Source: Eledone cirrhosa
Lineage: Eukaryota
NCBI GenBank assembly: GCA_964016885.1
Contig: OZ024740.1
Location: 330,770,001 to 330,834,000, forward strand
Direction of reading: 5' to 3'
Length of the DNA stretch: 64,000 bases
The position numbers and the translations under genes are program-made. Shown here piece after piece: positions 41,094-56,310 of this stretch (within the stretch, counting starts at the first letter, position 1; the number at the start of each line of letters is the position of its first letter). The notes below the pieces were generated by a model. That model worked only from the letters and a program-made list of their open reading frames with translations, ran no database searches and was not told the origin of the DNA.

Positions 41094-41180
41094 ATCTCCT
41101 GATGAATCCGGTGCTCGAGTTACATAATTATTACATAATTATTGGAAATCTCAAAATGCGGACGAAACCATGGTAGAGGT
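41094..41180 (+). ncRNA. Type-I hammerhead ribozyme
   Basis: Inverted copy of 40576-40662. Confidence 0.85.
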
Positions 41181-41551
41181 ATTTAAACGTATTCTATTTT
41201 CTCCTAGGTTATTTTACCCCTAATTCTGTCTAATTGACTGTATCTGGGCGATTACGCTGTCGAAATATTCGATAAATATTCCGTTGCAGCCGACGCGAAG
41301 GACTAGTTCTGGTTATTTGTTGGAAATTTCTTCATAGAAGCCTCATTCTTATAGCCTGGTCTATTCGATTTTTTATATAGTTAATTATGCTAATTGGGAG
41401 AGAAAATGGTATATATTTTATCTTGTCATTCTATAGACATGTTTTATGATATATAGCTCTGATGATTTAATTTATTAAATTTTCATTGAGCCACAAAGTG
41501 ACGCGTTGCAAAACACGTATATGTATATATATATGTATATATATATGTAAA

Positions 41552-41602
<51 letters not shown>

Positions 41603-42446
41603 TTGCACTCGGTCGGTTACGATAATGAGCTAGCATTGACTTAATTAACGGAAGAACCTGGTGATGAATGTAATGCGTACCTTCAAGGTATCTGTCAAGA
41701 AGCGTTATCATGATGCACACTCACAAAGCCGCTCCGTTAGGATTGAATTCACGTGGAAATTTTTACAGGAACCAAATCGCCATAGTATGAAAATGCTTCC
41801 CAACAAATTTTCCCGTCTCCCTCTATAAACTGGATCCAACTCCTTTCAGTACTTAGTTACCTCATTTTTCAGAATCCGGCAATTTGTAAGCGATGACATT
41901 TTATAACTATTTCAGCCTCCTGAACCATACAGTAGATATGTGTGATGTGCACTATACTGCATGTACTTCCAATTCACCCGTCACGATAACAATTATTGCA
42001 CTTTTCTATTTGTGAATGTACTTGTATGTTTACGCACAAATACACATATCACTTTAGACGTGTTGACATGTGTCCGTATGAATATATGCATTGAAACTTA
42101 TGTATGCCTACATACCTAGCCAACAAGTCATCCTCTGTAAATCTTGTTGCTTTTTAGCTCACTTCTGAACACGCATAATCCAACATTTCTAGCATCGTTT
42201 CAAGTATGTCTTGGTGCAACATATATCATGGCCATAGATCTTTAGACACACACATATACGTTATCATTGAATCTAAAAGGGATTATCTCATTTATTACAC
42301 TAATATAATATCAAAGTTTCATACCGAGTCGCATTTCCCCGACATGAATGTCTAAATTTTCATGTTCTCCTTTGGAAATTAATCCCATTTTCTTTCATTT
42401 CGTACTATCATCCATATTTCTATTTCTTCACCAATCTTTTATTTGA

Positions 42447-42482
42447 TCTTCTGATGAAGCAGTAACGTCAGAAATATTAAGA
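42447..42482 (+). ncRNA. Degenerate minimal hammerhead motif (copy at 48444-48479)
   Basis: TCTT-CTGATGA-13 nt-GAAA-TA-TT-AAGA; stem II poorly paired. Confidence 0.4.
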
Positions 42483-43088
42483 ACACTATCTGGCTATATA
42501 CAGCGTTAAATTATTATATATCATCATTGTCAACTATTGTTCTCCATTCTTGTTTATCTTTGGTGATTTTTCTTTAATAGAAACAAAATCACACACACAC
42601 AAACACACACACATGCACTTACAAGATATATATATATATATATACTTATATATATATATTTATTATATAGAATAGAAAACGAAAAATGAGAGAATCATCT
42701 GAACTCAATTTATTGTGTGTTACAATTCTTTGATCGGCGGACAGCTCGAGACGGTATCATTGTGTGGATCTGTCTGATTCTGGACCCGCAAGTCGACTAA
42801 CACGTCCAATGATTTCCGAGCATATTCTCTACGACATATATATATATATATAATTATAAATCATGTCTACAGAATTATTAGATCAACAAAATATATACTC
42901 CATTTCCTCTGCCAAACAGCACAATCAACCATATAAAAAATGAATTATACTAAGCCATAGGGATAAAAGCTCCTATGAAGAAATCTCCGACAAATAAACG
43001 AGAGTGGCCTGAGTATTTAATTTATTAATTCTTCATAGAGCTAAAAAGTGACCGGTTGTAACATATATAAATTTATGTATGTGTAAAC

Positions 43089-43139
<51 letters not shown>

Positions 43140-43150
43140 TATAGACGTAC

Positions 43151-43221
<71 letters not shown>

Positions 43222-43626
43222 TGTATATACACATATACACACACACAGACACACACATACACATACATATACACACACATATACATACATACACATACAC
43301 ACATATATATATATATATATACACACACAAATATACACATACATGCACATATGCAGGTACATATGAACGCACCTACACACAACCATACGCATACTGACGA
43401 GCGGCTAGTCTTACTAATAAGTAATCATAAATATATACTCATAAATATACGCATATACACAGGCACAAAGATACAGCTCTACACGCAGAAAATGCAGATA
43501 GGTGAGAGTTACTTACATGACGATAGTGCCGTGTTTCAGTTCGAGAAGGGGTAGGGGTAGGGTGGGATGGAGATAGAGGGGGTATTTTGTCTAGTGGGGT
43601 TAAAAAAAAGGGGCGAAATATTTTTT

Positions 43627-45330
43627 AGACATCTGGCATTAACACTGGCTTAAGGTATTTGAAAGTTGCAAAGTTTTTTTGCATGCAGTTGGGGAAGTGT
43701 TCAGAGACTGTGTTCAGTAGCGGGCCCTTGGCGAATAATATTTCGTAGCTCTCTGAGATACAAAGGTCGCAGCACTTGTGTCCTCCGTTTTATGAGCGCG
43801 CTTACTGGAGTATTTTCCATTTAAGCGTGAAGGGGGTTGAGTTCCTTTTGATGTCCCAAACATAGGAGGCGAGTGTTGTCTGATTTGATTTGTCCGGTCT
43901 CCTGAAGGCGTGGGTATGGGCATACTACCGGGTTCTAAAGTTATTGGAAGTCATGCCGAATTAAGTCTTTTTTTGTTGCGATCATCGGTGCCTGAGATGA
44001 CATCACATTTGTATACGATGTCATTTGTCAGGCATATGTTTTCAAGTGGGCAGGCTTCCTTATTTAGGCAATTTCAGAAGGCCTCAATCCGAGGATTGGG
44101 TTCGGAGGTGGTTGGCTTATTTAATTTTTTAGAATTGAGATTGGTTATATTCCTAGCTAGGTTAGGTGTACTGGAGTAGGAGGGTCTTATTGTGTTCTTA
44201 TTGAAGATGGTGTAGTACCTGTGTTGTATGGGGAAGTGTGTGTTTAGCAAAGTGAGGAAAATCCTAGCTATAGATGTAGAGACCTCTCTATTAGGTGTAC
44301 CAGCTAATCTGCTTATGCCTCTTCCTCCTATGCAGTCTTGCGGTGGTTTCTAGGTAAGTTATCTTTTCTTTAAATCTTCTGCAGGTGAGGGCGTCATTGT
44401 AGTAGTAGGCAGAAGCGTTAAATATATCTTCCTCGGCCGAGAGGCTGGAGATTCTAATTGAGACGCTTTTTACTAAGCTATCAGTGATGTTTTGGGGATG
44501 GTTAGAATTAACAGGTTTGTGGTACGGGTAATAGAAGGAAGTATCTAAGTCGAGAGTGGCATCTAAAAAGTTGGCCCTAGTCATATTAGATTCTATAGTT
44601 ATACTAAATCCTAGATTATGGAAGAGAGAGCTTAAGTTTCTCCAAAACCCATCGGTGGTTCTGGGATTAACATTGTGCATGGCGAAGAGGCCGTCGTCTC
44701 GGTACAAACCTCTGGTGAGGCCAGGTTCTACAGTTGATGTAAAATGTACAGGCCCACAGGGTCGCTTATTTCAGCCGAGTCACTCGCTCCCATGCTGACG
44801 TCAAAGGGGTCCTGAGACTTCTTGTTGATCCAGTAAGATCCCGCGTTGTATAGGAAGTTCTTACGGGCATGGAGGGTAATATCTTGCTCAGCGTCGGTTA
44901 TGGTGGTAAAATTCCTGGCAAAAGTAAGTGCATCCTTCAGGAGGGTCTCTGAGATAGAAGCATAGTAGTTTTCTATGTCGAGTTGCAGGAAGCGAGTGTG
45001 GCGTTTGTCAGGTAATTCTTGGAACCAAGATATTGCCGCAGATGTTCTGCTACAGAGTGGGAGTGGTGAGGCAACTAACAATGATGGGTAAACTGTATCA
45101 AGGATCTTCTTACTGATAGAGCCGATGTCCGAACGTGTGGGGTTGATAAGTTTCAGTGATGGTTTGTTGAGGAAGCATCCTTTGTGGTCCTTCAGGGTAA
45201 AGTGCGGGGTGTTTACCCCTAAAGATTCGGTTCGGTCATGTAATTTAAGGAATTGGCGATCTCTTTTCCGGCCGCATTTCTCTCAGTCAGTGCCATCTCT
45301 CTTACCATTTTGTAGGTGGTCGTGATGGCA
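43627..45330 (-). pseudogene. Duplicate of the decayed third Naiad family
   Basis: Colinear with 36985-38700; same TGA at 44076-44074. Confidence 0.9.
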
Positions 45331-45490
45331 TTTTTTGCCAGCTAATTATAAGTGTGTTGGTCTATCTCATAAACGTTCTCTCGTCTATATTAAAACTTTT
45401 ATACTCTGCTACGTATTGAGTACCTTACTTACTGTGGTTACCTCCGATTCAACCCGGAATAAGTTACCTATATATATATATTTATATATG

Positions 45491-45527
<37 letters not shown>

Positions 45528-45803
45528 CTGTGTCTGTGTGCGTGTGTGTGTCTGTGTGCGTGTGTGTGTGTGTCTGATGGTAGAAAGATGCTTCCATAGT
45601 CGTTATGCCGGTTGAGCACTCTATGATCTTACAGAGCAGAGCGGACATCTCGAGACACGATCATTGTGTGGATCTGTCTGATTCTGGATCCAAGGGTTCG
45701 ACGGACACGTCTAATTATTTTGGAGCAAATTCTGAAAGATGTCCGCCGGCGAAACAATTGTAACACACAATAAATTGAGTTTAAGAGGCATCACTCATTT
45801 TGC

Positions 45804-45910
<107 letters not shown>

Positions 45911-46038
45911 GAATGTTTATATAGTATATTTGGTAATATACTGTATGCTTAATCAAAAATATTTTTGAAGACCTTGCCCTACTATTTTAAAGTAGTGGAT
46001 ATGTCACTTACTTCCTTTTTCAACAAACAGGGGGAGAT

Positions 46039-46082
46039 AAACTGACAGATCTGTTTCATACCGTTGGTAATCATCAGAGATT
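46039..46082 (-). ncRNA. Type-I hammerhead ribozyme
   Basis: aatct-CTGATGA-tTACC aac GGTAt-GAAA-CAGATCTG-TC-agttt. Confidence 0.72.
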
Positions 46083-46255
46083 AGCACTCGCCTTTGCCTG
46101 TTGAAAATGATAGATTGAAAAAGGAAGTAAGTGACATAGTCACTACTTTAAAATAATAGCGCAAGGTGTTCAAAATGTTTTTAATTAAGCATACAGGATA
46201 TTGCCAAATATACTATATATACATTCATGTATTCACCGCTATTTCAGAGCACCAA

Positions 46256-46324
<69 letters not shown>

Positions 46325-47215
46325 TAATAAGAGTCGATCACTATAAACTCTATTTGAGAAAATCGGATAAAATAATCCTTCATTCTAAAATTTTCGGATG
46401 GCTTCGCATGCATGGAATCGAAACACGCGGGGCATGTGCATTAGATTCTAAGCGATTGAGCCGTAGGCAAAATTTTCCACCTATTTTAGAAGAATTTAAG
46501 ACAATGGTTGGCATACAATTATTGAGGCTAATTCTTCTGTTAGGGTATCCGCGTTTCACGAACAAGCAAGAAAGCCTTGGATAGTGTTGCAGATTCAGTT
46601 CTCATTGCATGGCCATGTTTCCTCTTCACTAAATGATGCTATACGTACATATAATGGATGCATTGTATTCATATGCGAGAATATATGCACGCATAAGTAA
46701 TAAAATTATTATTATTTCTAATGTAAATCATGCATTTGTGCAAACTACTGAATTTTGTGTTGTTCAATTTAGCTCTGTACAAGATTTCTGAGCATAATGA
46801 TATATAGAATGTTAATCCCAACTTTTTCAATTAATTTCTATCTCACACCAAACATATGCACACATGCACACAGACACGCATACACACGCGCGCACATGCA
46901 TACACACACACACACACACACGTATATATATATATATATATATATATCATAAAACATGTCTATAGAACCACAAGATAAAATATATACCATTTCCTCTCCC
47001 AATTAGCATAATTAACTATATAAAAAATCGAATAGACAAGGCTATACGAATGAGGCTTCTATGAAGAAATCTCCAACAAATAACCGAAACTTATCCTTCG
47101 CGTCGGCCGCAACGGAATATTTATCGAATATTTCGACAGCGTAATCGCCCAGATACAGTCAAGTAGACAGAATTAGGGGTAAAATAACCTAGGAGAAAAT
47201 AGAATACATTTAAAT

Positions 47216-47302
47216 ACCTCTACCATGGTTTCGTCCGCATTTTGAGATTTCCAATAATTATTTAATAATTATGTAACTCGAGCATCGGATTCATCAGGAG
47301 AT
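47216..47302 (-). ncRNA. Type-I hammerhead ribozyme
   Basis: Duplicate of 40576-40662. Confidence 0.82.
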
Positions 47303-47726
47303 TTGCTCTGATCTAGCCACTAAATTTCCCAAAGTGATCGCGCCAAGAATTCATTCAAAATGGCTAAGAATCGTGACGTAGTAGCGAACAGGTTGGAAGG
47401 GGTGTGGTAGATGCTTACGGCTAGTGGCTTTTTTCCTAGAAAGCACAGCACAATACAGTCAAATTTGTATCTCAACCTAATGGGAGATTATTACATATAA
47501 AAGTTTACATATATATATACATATATATACATATACGTGTGTTGCAACGGGTCACTTTGTGGCTCAATGAAAATTTAATAAATATAATAATCAGAGCTAT
47601 ATATCATAAAACATGTTTATAGAATCACAAGATGAAATATATAGCATTTCCTCTCTCCATTAGCATAATTAACTATTTTGAATGAATTCTTGGCGCGATC
47701 ACTTTGGAAAATATAGATAAGAGCTA

Positions 47727-47813
47727 ATCTCTTGATGAATCCGGTGCTCGAGTTACATAATTATTATATAATTATTGGAAATCTCAAAATGCGGACGAAA
47801 TCATGGTAGAGGT
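47727..47813 (+). ncRNA. Mutated hammerhead copy (C3>T without G8 compensation)
   Basis: TTGATGA core, GAAA-TCATGG-TA. Confidence 0.6.
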
Positions 47814-48827
47814 ATTTAAATGTATTCTATTTTCTCCTAGGTTATTTTACACCTAATTCTGTCTAATTGACTGTATCTGGGCGATTACGCTGTCGAAATA
47901 TTCGATAAATATTCCGTTGCGGCCGACGCGAAGAACTAGTTTCGGTTATTTGTTGGAGATTTCTTCATAGAAGCCTCATTCTTATAGCCTGGTCTATTCG
48001 ATTTTTTATATAGTTAATTATGCTAATTGGGAGAGGAAATGGTATATATTTTAACTTGTCATTCTATAGACATGTTTTATGATATATAGCTCTGATTATT
48101 TAATTTATTAAATTTTCATTGAGCCACAAAGTGACCCGTTGCAAAACACGTATATGTATATATATGTATATATATATGTAAACTTTTATATATCTTTTAT
48201 ATATGTCTTGGTGCAACACATATCATGGCCATAGATCTTTAGACACACACATATACGTTATCACTAAATCTAAAAGGGATTTTCTCATTTATTACACTAA
48301 TATAATATCAAAGTTTCATACCGAGTCGCATTTCCCCGACATGAATGTCTAAATTTTAATGTTCTCCTTTGGAAATTAATCCCATTTTCTTTCATTTTGT
48401 ACTATCTTCCATATTTCTATTTCTTCACCTATCTCTTATTTGATCTTCTGATGAAGCAGTAACGTCAGAAATATTAAGAACACTATCTGGCTATATACAG
48501 CGTTAAATTCTTATATATCATCATTGTCAACTATTGTTCTCCATTTTTGTTTATCTTTGGTGATTTTTCTTTAATATAAACACAATCACACACAAACACA
48601 CACACATGCACCTACAAAGATATATATATATATATATACTTTTATATATATATTTATTATATAGAATAGAAAACGAAAATGAGTGAATCATCTGAACTCA
48701 ATTTATTGTGTGTTACAATTCTTTCATCGGTGGACAGCTCGAGACGGTATCATTGTGTGGATCTGTTTGATTCAGGACCCGCAAGTTCGACTAACACGTC
48801 CAATGATTTCCGACCATATTCTCTACG

Positions 48828-48861
<34 letters not shown>

Positions 48862-48887
48862 TCTCTACGACATATATATATATATAA

Positions 48888-49445
48888 TCCGTTGCTTAAA
48901 CATTTTTGTTTGTTACCCTGGCGTCCCCTTTGTTTACGTGTCCCAACGACTTTTTTTAGCCGTTGTTCGCACCAACCTGAGGCATATGGCCCTTAAAGCG
49001 ATGAAATGCCTGGGACGGTTGTAGGGTCACTGATGAAGGACTTACTTTTTCATATGCACCACCATTTGCAACGCGCAGCCATCATTATTATCATATTTAC
49101 ACATCATTTTTCTTCTGCTGCCACTCGTCTGTTTCGTTCTTTGTACCTTTTAACCTTTCTCGTTCTTTGTACCTTTTACCCTTTCTAGCAGTCTCTCTCT
49201 CTGTTAGCCTCCTCCTCAACTTTCACTCACTCATTCTCTGTCACTACCTCTCCTCCTCCACTTTCCTCCTCCTCCTTCAAGTTTGACCTGTGTGTAATTC
49301 TTTTCTCGCGCGGTCTTGACCAAGCTGGTATGGAATTTTTTTCTCTCTCTCTCTTTCGTCTGCGACTTCACAAAACTTATGTTTACCGAATTCGTAGACC
49401 AGACCCCTTCTTCTTCTTCTTCTTCTTCTTCTTCTTCTTCTTCTT

Positions 49446-49476
<31 letters not shown>

Positions 49477-49838
49477 TTCTTCTTCTTCCTCTTCTTCTCC
49501 CCCCCCCCGTCAGACCTGTGCGAAATTCTTTCCTTGCTCACATTTCAACCAGGTTTGATGTTCTTCTGTCTCTTGTTCACGATTTCACCGAGTTTATATT
49601 CATAGAGATCTGGGACTTGTCTATTTCTTCTCACTTTCCGTTGCTTAAACCTTTTTGTTTGTTACCCTGGCGTCCCCTTTGTTTACGTGTCCCAACGACT
49701 TTTTTTAGCCGTTGTTCGCACCAACCTGAGGCATATGGCCCTTAAAGCGATGAAATGCCTGGGACGGTAGGAGGGTCACTGATGAAGGACTTACTTTTTC
49801 ATATGCACCACCATTTGCAACGCCCAGCCATCATTATT

Positions 49839-49845
<7 letters not shown>
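48888..49845. mobile_element. Non-coding element with 209 bp terminal direct repeats (749 bp period) inserted in (TA)n
   Basis: 48888-49096 is near identical to 49637-49845; internal pyrimidine-rich/(TTC)n tract. Confidence 0.8.
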
Positions 49846-49872
<27 letters not shown>

Positions 49873-49994
49873 GTATGGTTGCTAGGATGCGTTCATAGGC
49901 GGTATGCAGATTGAGGACTCTATGCTCCTACGGAGCAGAGTATTATAACAATGGAAACCGAAGAGTCAGTGATTTATCGGAACTCTATTTATTA

Positions 49995-50085
49995 CGTTTT
50001 ACAATTGTTTCTCCGGCGAACAACTCGAGGTGCGATCGGTTTGTGGATCGAACCCGACCCTGGATTCGGAAGTTCTTCAGATACG
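49995..50085 (-). ncRNA. Hammerhead motif with long loop II (inverted partner 50135-50225, +)
   Basis: cgtat-CTGAAGA-actTCCG...CGGA-GAAA-CAATTG-TA-aaacg. Confidence 0.6.
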
Positions 50086-50290
50086 ATTCGTGAATTATCT
50101 TTCATAAAGAGAATTTGCTTCGAAATTACTAAGACATATCTGAGGAACTTCTGAATCCAGAGTCATGTTTGATCCAAAAAGTGATCGCACGCCGAACTGT
50201 TCGCCGGAGAAACAATTATAGTACGTAATACATTGAGTTCCAATGAATCACTAATAATTCGTTTTCCATTTTATATATATATATATATAT

Positions 50291-50710
50291 ACTAGCAGAG
50301 ATACCCGGCGTTGCTCGGATATTAAATAGCAATTGTGTATACCATTTATGTCAATACTTCTGTGCTGCTTCGAAAACTATACTTTTACAAAATCATCGGC
50401 TTCTTCCAAAAGGGCTTTCCTGCCCCCATGTGTCCCCTACCCAATATGTGCCAATTCTGAGAGTTGACATTCATCTGTAGGACAAACGTAGCCCATGTGT
50501 CAAGTTTTGTGAAAATCGGTTGCGAACTCCAGAAGATGTGACGTTTTGTTGCATTGCATTGCAGTGCTTCAGTCGACTCCAAGGAAGTGGTTAAAGGGGT
50601 TATCTGCCGGGGGGCCCTATAATCAATATCTGGAAAAATAACAGTGCCCATGACCATCCGGAGTACATAAGTAACCTATGTCTTAAGTTTGGTGAAAATA
50701 CTGTAGAAAT
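50291..50710 (+). mobile_element. Non-autonomous Helitron/Helentron-like fragment
   Basis: 5' end ACTAGCAGAGATACCCGGCGTTGCTCGG; internal aagtttt/gtgaaaatcgg motifs as in 17258-18267. Confidence 0.6.
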
Positions 50711-52268
50711 GCATGAGGTTTACACTCACGCGCCTGCGTTCGCGCGCGTGTGTGTGTGTGTGTGTGTTTGTGTGTGCGTATGTATGTATATGTCCGTCGG
50801 AGCTTACGTATGTACTGGCCTCAATCTTCACTATTTTACTTTTACTATTTTAATATCCTTTGTTATTTTCGTTTTCAATTTTATTTACTTCATTCTTAAA
50901 CTCCGGGGCTGTAAATCATTCGGTTATTTTAAATAGAATATTAGTCTAACGACTCCATTTATACCATAAACCTGGTCTTGTCTTTGCATGAAATTGTTCT
51001 TCACGCTCTACATAACGACGTATTATCCTCGCTTTTTTCGCGTTCATTGCCAGGGAACGTCTTCACGAACCAAAATATCGTCTTCCTATTTTCGTTCGGT
51101 TGCAACGTTTCTAGAAATAATTACTTCTGCGTTCACAGATTACTCTCAGTTCAATTTGAATGGGAAATTCCTGTTTCATCGATCTTCTCCGTAACCATGG
51201 AAGATTGTAGCTTGAAAGTCGACCCAAAGCCTCCTCGGGTCATTCTACATAACTGTGTAAATTTATATATGAATGACAAAAAGAAAATTACAAAACTATA
51301 CATGAATTGTTTCTACTAAACCTTCAATTTAAGACACAACCTACATATTTGATAGGACTCCAGCTCACTTCTTCTTCTTCTTCTTTTGCTCCCCCCTGGA
51401 ACATCGGGCTGCGAGCCACCCCACACAACGCCATGTTCTGAGTCTGCTTTTCAACTCCACCGTGATGCCCGGTGCGTCATGGTGTATCTAACCGTTTTTT
51501 TAGGTCTTACTACGGTTGATTTCTTCAAGAGAGAAAGAAAGAGATGGAAAAATGCAGAGAAGTTTCATCCCCGGAGGAATAATAAAAAATGTTTACACTG
51601 CACATTTCATTTTTTCAAAGCTAAAGCTGCCGATCCAAAATCAGTAATCCAACTCCCTGAAAACTTTCAAATATATGCAGTTCTAGCATGAATATTATGC
51701 TAAGGATAAGCTGTCCACAAAGTAAGATTTACTTGCATATCCCCGCTCATATAAACACATAAATACATGCATACCTACATTACAGTTGATATCTTTTTTA
51801 TTAAAGCGTTTTCATATTATATATATATATATATATATATAGTGACGAAACATAAGTCAATATCATGAACTCATAATCCTTTATTTACTGCTTTATTTGT
51901 ATGAAATTGTAAATAAGACAAAAGTATTAGAACAGGGGGAAATAACTCACCGAATGCGATAGTTTTGGGACCCCAGGGACCACATTTTTCAAAGGTATGT
52001 AAATGTTCATGTCAGTCAGATGACATCTACTACCATTTAACCCTGCACATCTGAATTTCAACCACCACCCATTTCACAAATATATATTAGACTAATAATA
52101 TTATTTATACTTATATATGAGTTATATATAATTATAAATATGAAAGGGTAGTATGCTGCACTACCCGATTACCAGAAAGAGAAATAGCTCAATGTAAATT
52201 ATCAGACGTATTACAGAGCAGATATACAAAATATAAAATAATAAAATATTTGCTTAATGCATTTAATT

Positions 52269-52313
52269 GCTGGTGATCGTTTCTTCCACATAATTGTCTG
52301 GTATCATCGGAGC
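52269..52313 (-). ncRNA. Degenerate CCGATGA-type hammerhead
   Basis: Homolog of 57101-57145 with the cleavage triplet mutated. Confidence 0.45.
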
Positions 52314-53199
52314 TTATACAATGTTTAAACCAATAATTACATTCCTAGTCTTTAGAACATTAATTACGAACTGTGTCAGTGACATCATATTGAAAATTAA
52401 GAGTAACAAAATGATATTATATTAAACAGATAGTAACATATCGGGAGCTGTTGTGAGGAGGTTATTACTTAAAGTGATTATAATAAGCATAGTATATAGA
52501 AAGTTATGCATAAAGGTAATACAGGTGCCAAAAGATATGAAGCAAATTCATGTTACAGTAAAACGATATCCTATATTGAAAGGTGTTATAATAAGCATAT
52601 GAAGCAAAGATATATGAAGCAAAATATACAAAATATTATTAAAGGCATGCGTGTGGTAAGGAAGAAAGTGAATATATCAAGCTTATTACACAATGTTAAA
52701 AATGGCATGCATTATGATTAAAATAGATACGTAATGATAGGATGCAAAAGTGTTATGTAATGCGAATTATATAAGTAAAATAAGACAAGTTAGTAGCATT
52801 CAAAAATGTTTATATTAGAGTTAATGTAGAAAGGATTAAGTTGGGTGTAAAGTGAAGGTTTACTTTTTGGAATGTTTTTATTTATAGATGTGTCGTACGT
52901 GAAATACGTTGTGTTTAAATATATGTATGAAGTAAATATTAATTCCACTGTTTTTGTTGCCATGTCAATATACGTATTAGAAAGATATTGTATAATGCAT
53001 TCATCTCTTTAGAACCTCTATTAAGGATTATTTCACATTCCTCTCTGTGTAACTTCTAATAAGAATTATTTCACGACATCTAAAGATATCAATGTTGTTA
53101 CGTCGCTGTTACAGTTGGAATTCCAACCGTAACTTATATATAAATTATATAAATGCATTTCATTTGTGTTCAAACCTAATTGGGATTTCGTCAGAAGTC

Positions 53200-55000
53200 A
53201 TATATATCATCAACACTGACACAGTAGTACCCTGAAACGGACATGATATCTATGTTACGAACCCTGTCGCGTAAAATGCTCCAAAGAGCCATCGGCAGAA
53301 CCCTACCTTGGCTGTTTGTATTGTGTTCTTATTCTTTAATCTCCCAAGATTCTTGATCACATGAAAGGGTAGGCTTGCATAACGAATTAAAAAGCGAGTT
53401 CGGCTTTTACACTTAACTCTCTTCTGCTGATGACCGAGTGCTTAATGTTTCTCATTAATGCACTAGCTCCAGCAATTCTTGCACTTAATTCTTTCCTGCC
53501 TTCTATCACTCGGGAAAATGTCTTGGGTTACGATTTTCAGTGTTACTACACTTGCATTCAAAATTCACGGTATACCCATTTTTTAGAGGACTAGTATCTC
53601 AGTAATCGCAGCACTAATTTTCATTCTTGCTGAATAGCACTCGGGGGGAAACATATCTAGTGCTGATGAAAGACATTATTCTGACGAGGTAAGTAGAACT
53701 ATCTTTTCTGGAAAATTCAGTCAACTGATTATACACCCACCGGCTGTGATACCACTTCCAACCCAGCTGCACATTTCATTCCTATTCACGAAGATCATGA
53801 ACAGGATAGGGGAGAGTGTGCCTTCATGCTGTATACTGACAACTACATTGGATTATTGTAATTACGGAGACAGTCGTACTGATGTTTTAAAGAAGTAGTT
53901 GATTCCATACTTCTGCAGATCTCTCCACAATATTTCACATTGAAGACGATAATTATGTTTTTTCGATGTCAGCGAAACAAGCAAAGTGCATATTTGGTCG
54001 GTGCTGTTACGTCTTTGGCGAAAAGACAAACAAACAGTCTCTTCATCAGCTAAAATGACAATATCTTTACATCTCTTTAACTGACAGCACAGCATAGGGT
54101 TTACCGGTGGGTCTTAAAAAATATTGCTCTATATTTTGAACAATATCTCTTTTTACCGTTTTTGTAAAATTTTATTATCACACCGAATTGTTCTGGATAA
54201 TTTCCAAAGATACAGCCCGACTAGCACACACATGTCAGCCGGAGCATATAGTCTCTATTTAATACGTTTAACATCTCCAACCTATTCGTGGCATCACAAT
54301 ATTTGAGCGATTTAACTTCTCTCGTGATTTGAACCAACAAGAGCTATTTTCCTCGTGTGTATGAGACGATGTGGCCGGATTTTTTTGCTTCATCAAATAA
54401 TGATATATTTTCGGACGCTGTTTTATCCTAAACTAAATTGTACATGTCCTAAACAATTTAGTTCAGCATAAACATCAAGAAAGTAATATTTCGTGAAGAC
54501 GAATACATTCCTTAGCACATTTCAACAGCTGGAGACTTGCAATTATCTCCATTCCTAGCTGTCGAGGCATTTTCGATTCTACACCTGATGTGTGGAGTTC
54601 CTTTCCGCAATCCAAATCTAGGCTACCCGAACCACGAAACTTTGTTATGGAAACCTTGACTATATCTTGTCGCTAACATCTGGCCGACTCCTCTAGTGCC
54701 TGTTACTTGTTGGCAATTGTAAACGGTTGCTTCGTTCTGCGTTCTGGTTTTGTGGTATCTGGATACGCCGGATGTGTTCATCCATCACATGACTCACAGG
54801 ACAGGTGACTGTCCATTATCAGTTTTACGACTTTGAATATACGTTGCTATATATTTGTCGAATATGCACTTCTACCGGAATACTGAACATGTCCCTTGAT
54901 GCAGTATGATTACTTGTATTCAATCTGATCACACTGCCGTCATTGGTAGTGCAATTTACGTCAGGCACCAAAACGTTAATTTCCTCTGTTTCACGAAGAT
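53200..55000 (-). pseudogene. Highly decayed non-LTR retrotransposon RT (RTE/L2-like)
   Basis: SFRQRRNSTDQICTL (cf. GFRPGRSTTDQIFTL) and GTLSPILFMIFVN motifs. Confidence 0.6.
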
Positions 55001-55125
55001 GAGATTGGTTTTAGAGGCGGCATTTACTCATACGGTTATAATTACATCGTTGAGTTGATAGAATTTACATGCAAGCTAATAATGTCACCTATTTCTCCTT
55101 CTTACCAAGTCGCTTATCACTGTTT

Positions 55126-56240
<1,115 letters not shown>

Positions 56241-56273
56241 CCCCCTCTCTCTCACTCTCTCTCTCTCTCTCTC

Positions 56274-56307
<34 letters not shown>

Positions 56308-56310
<3 letters not shown>

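Larger units (their letters stand above)
40306..41560. mobile_element. Non-coding HHR-bearing element: 656 nt unit, partial tandem copy and inverted copy (retrozyme-like)
   Basis: 40311 repeats at 40967; 41036-41560 is inverted; no ORF; copy at 46945-48190. Confidence 0.8.

Noticed and set aside
48995-49045. Type-II hammerhead or twister in the 209 bp repeat
   Set aside because: Stem III/NUH and stem I do not form; twister core CCCAAGCCC is absent
51945-52000. Possible decayed U3-A8 hammerhead
   Set aside because: GAAA and NUH are both mutated; single copy
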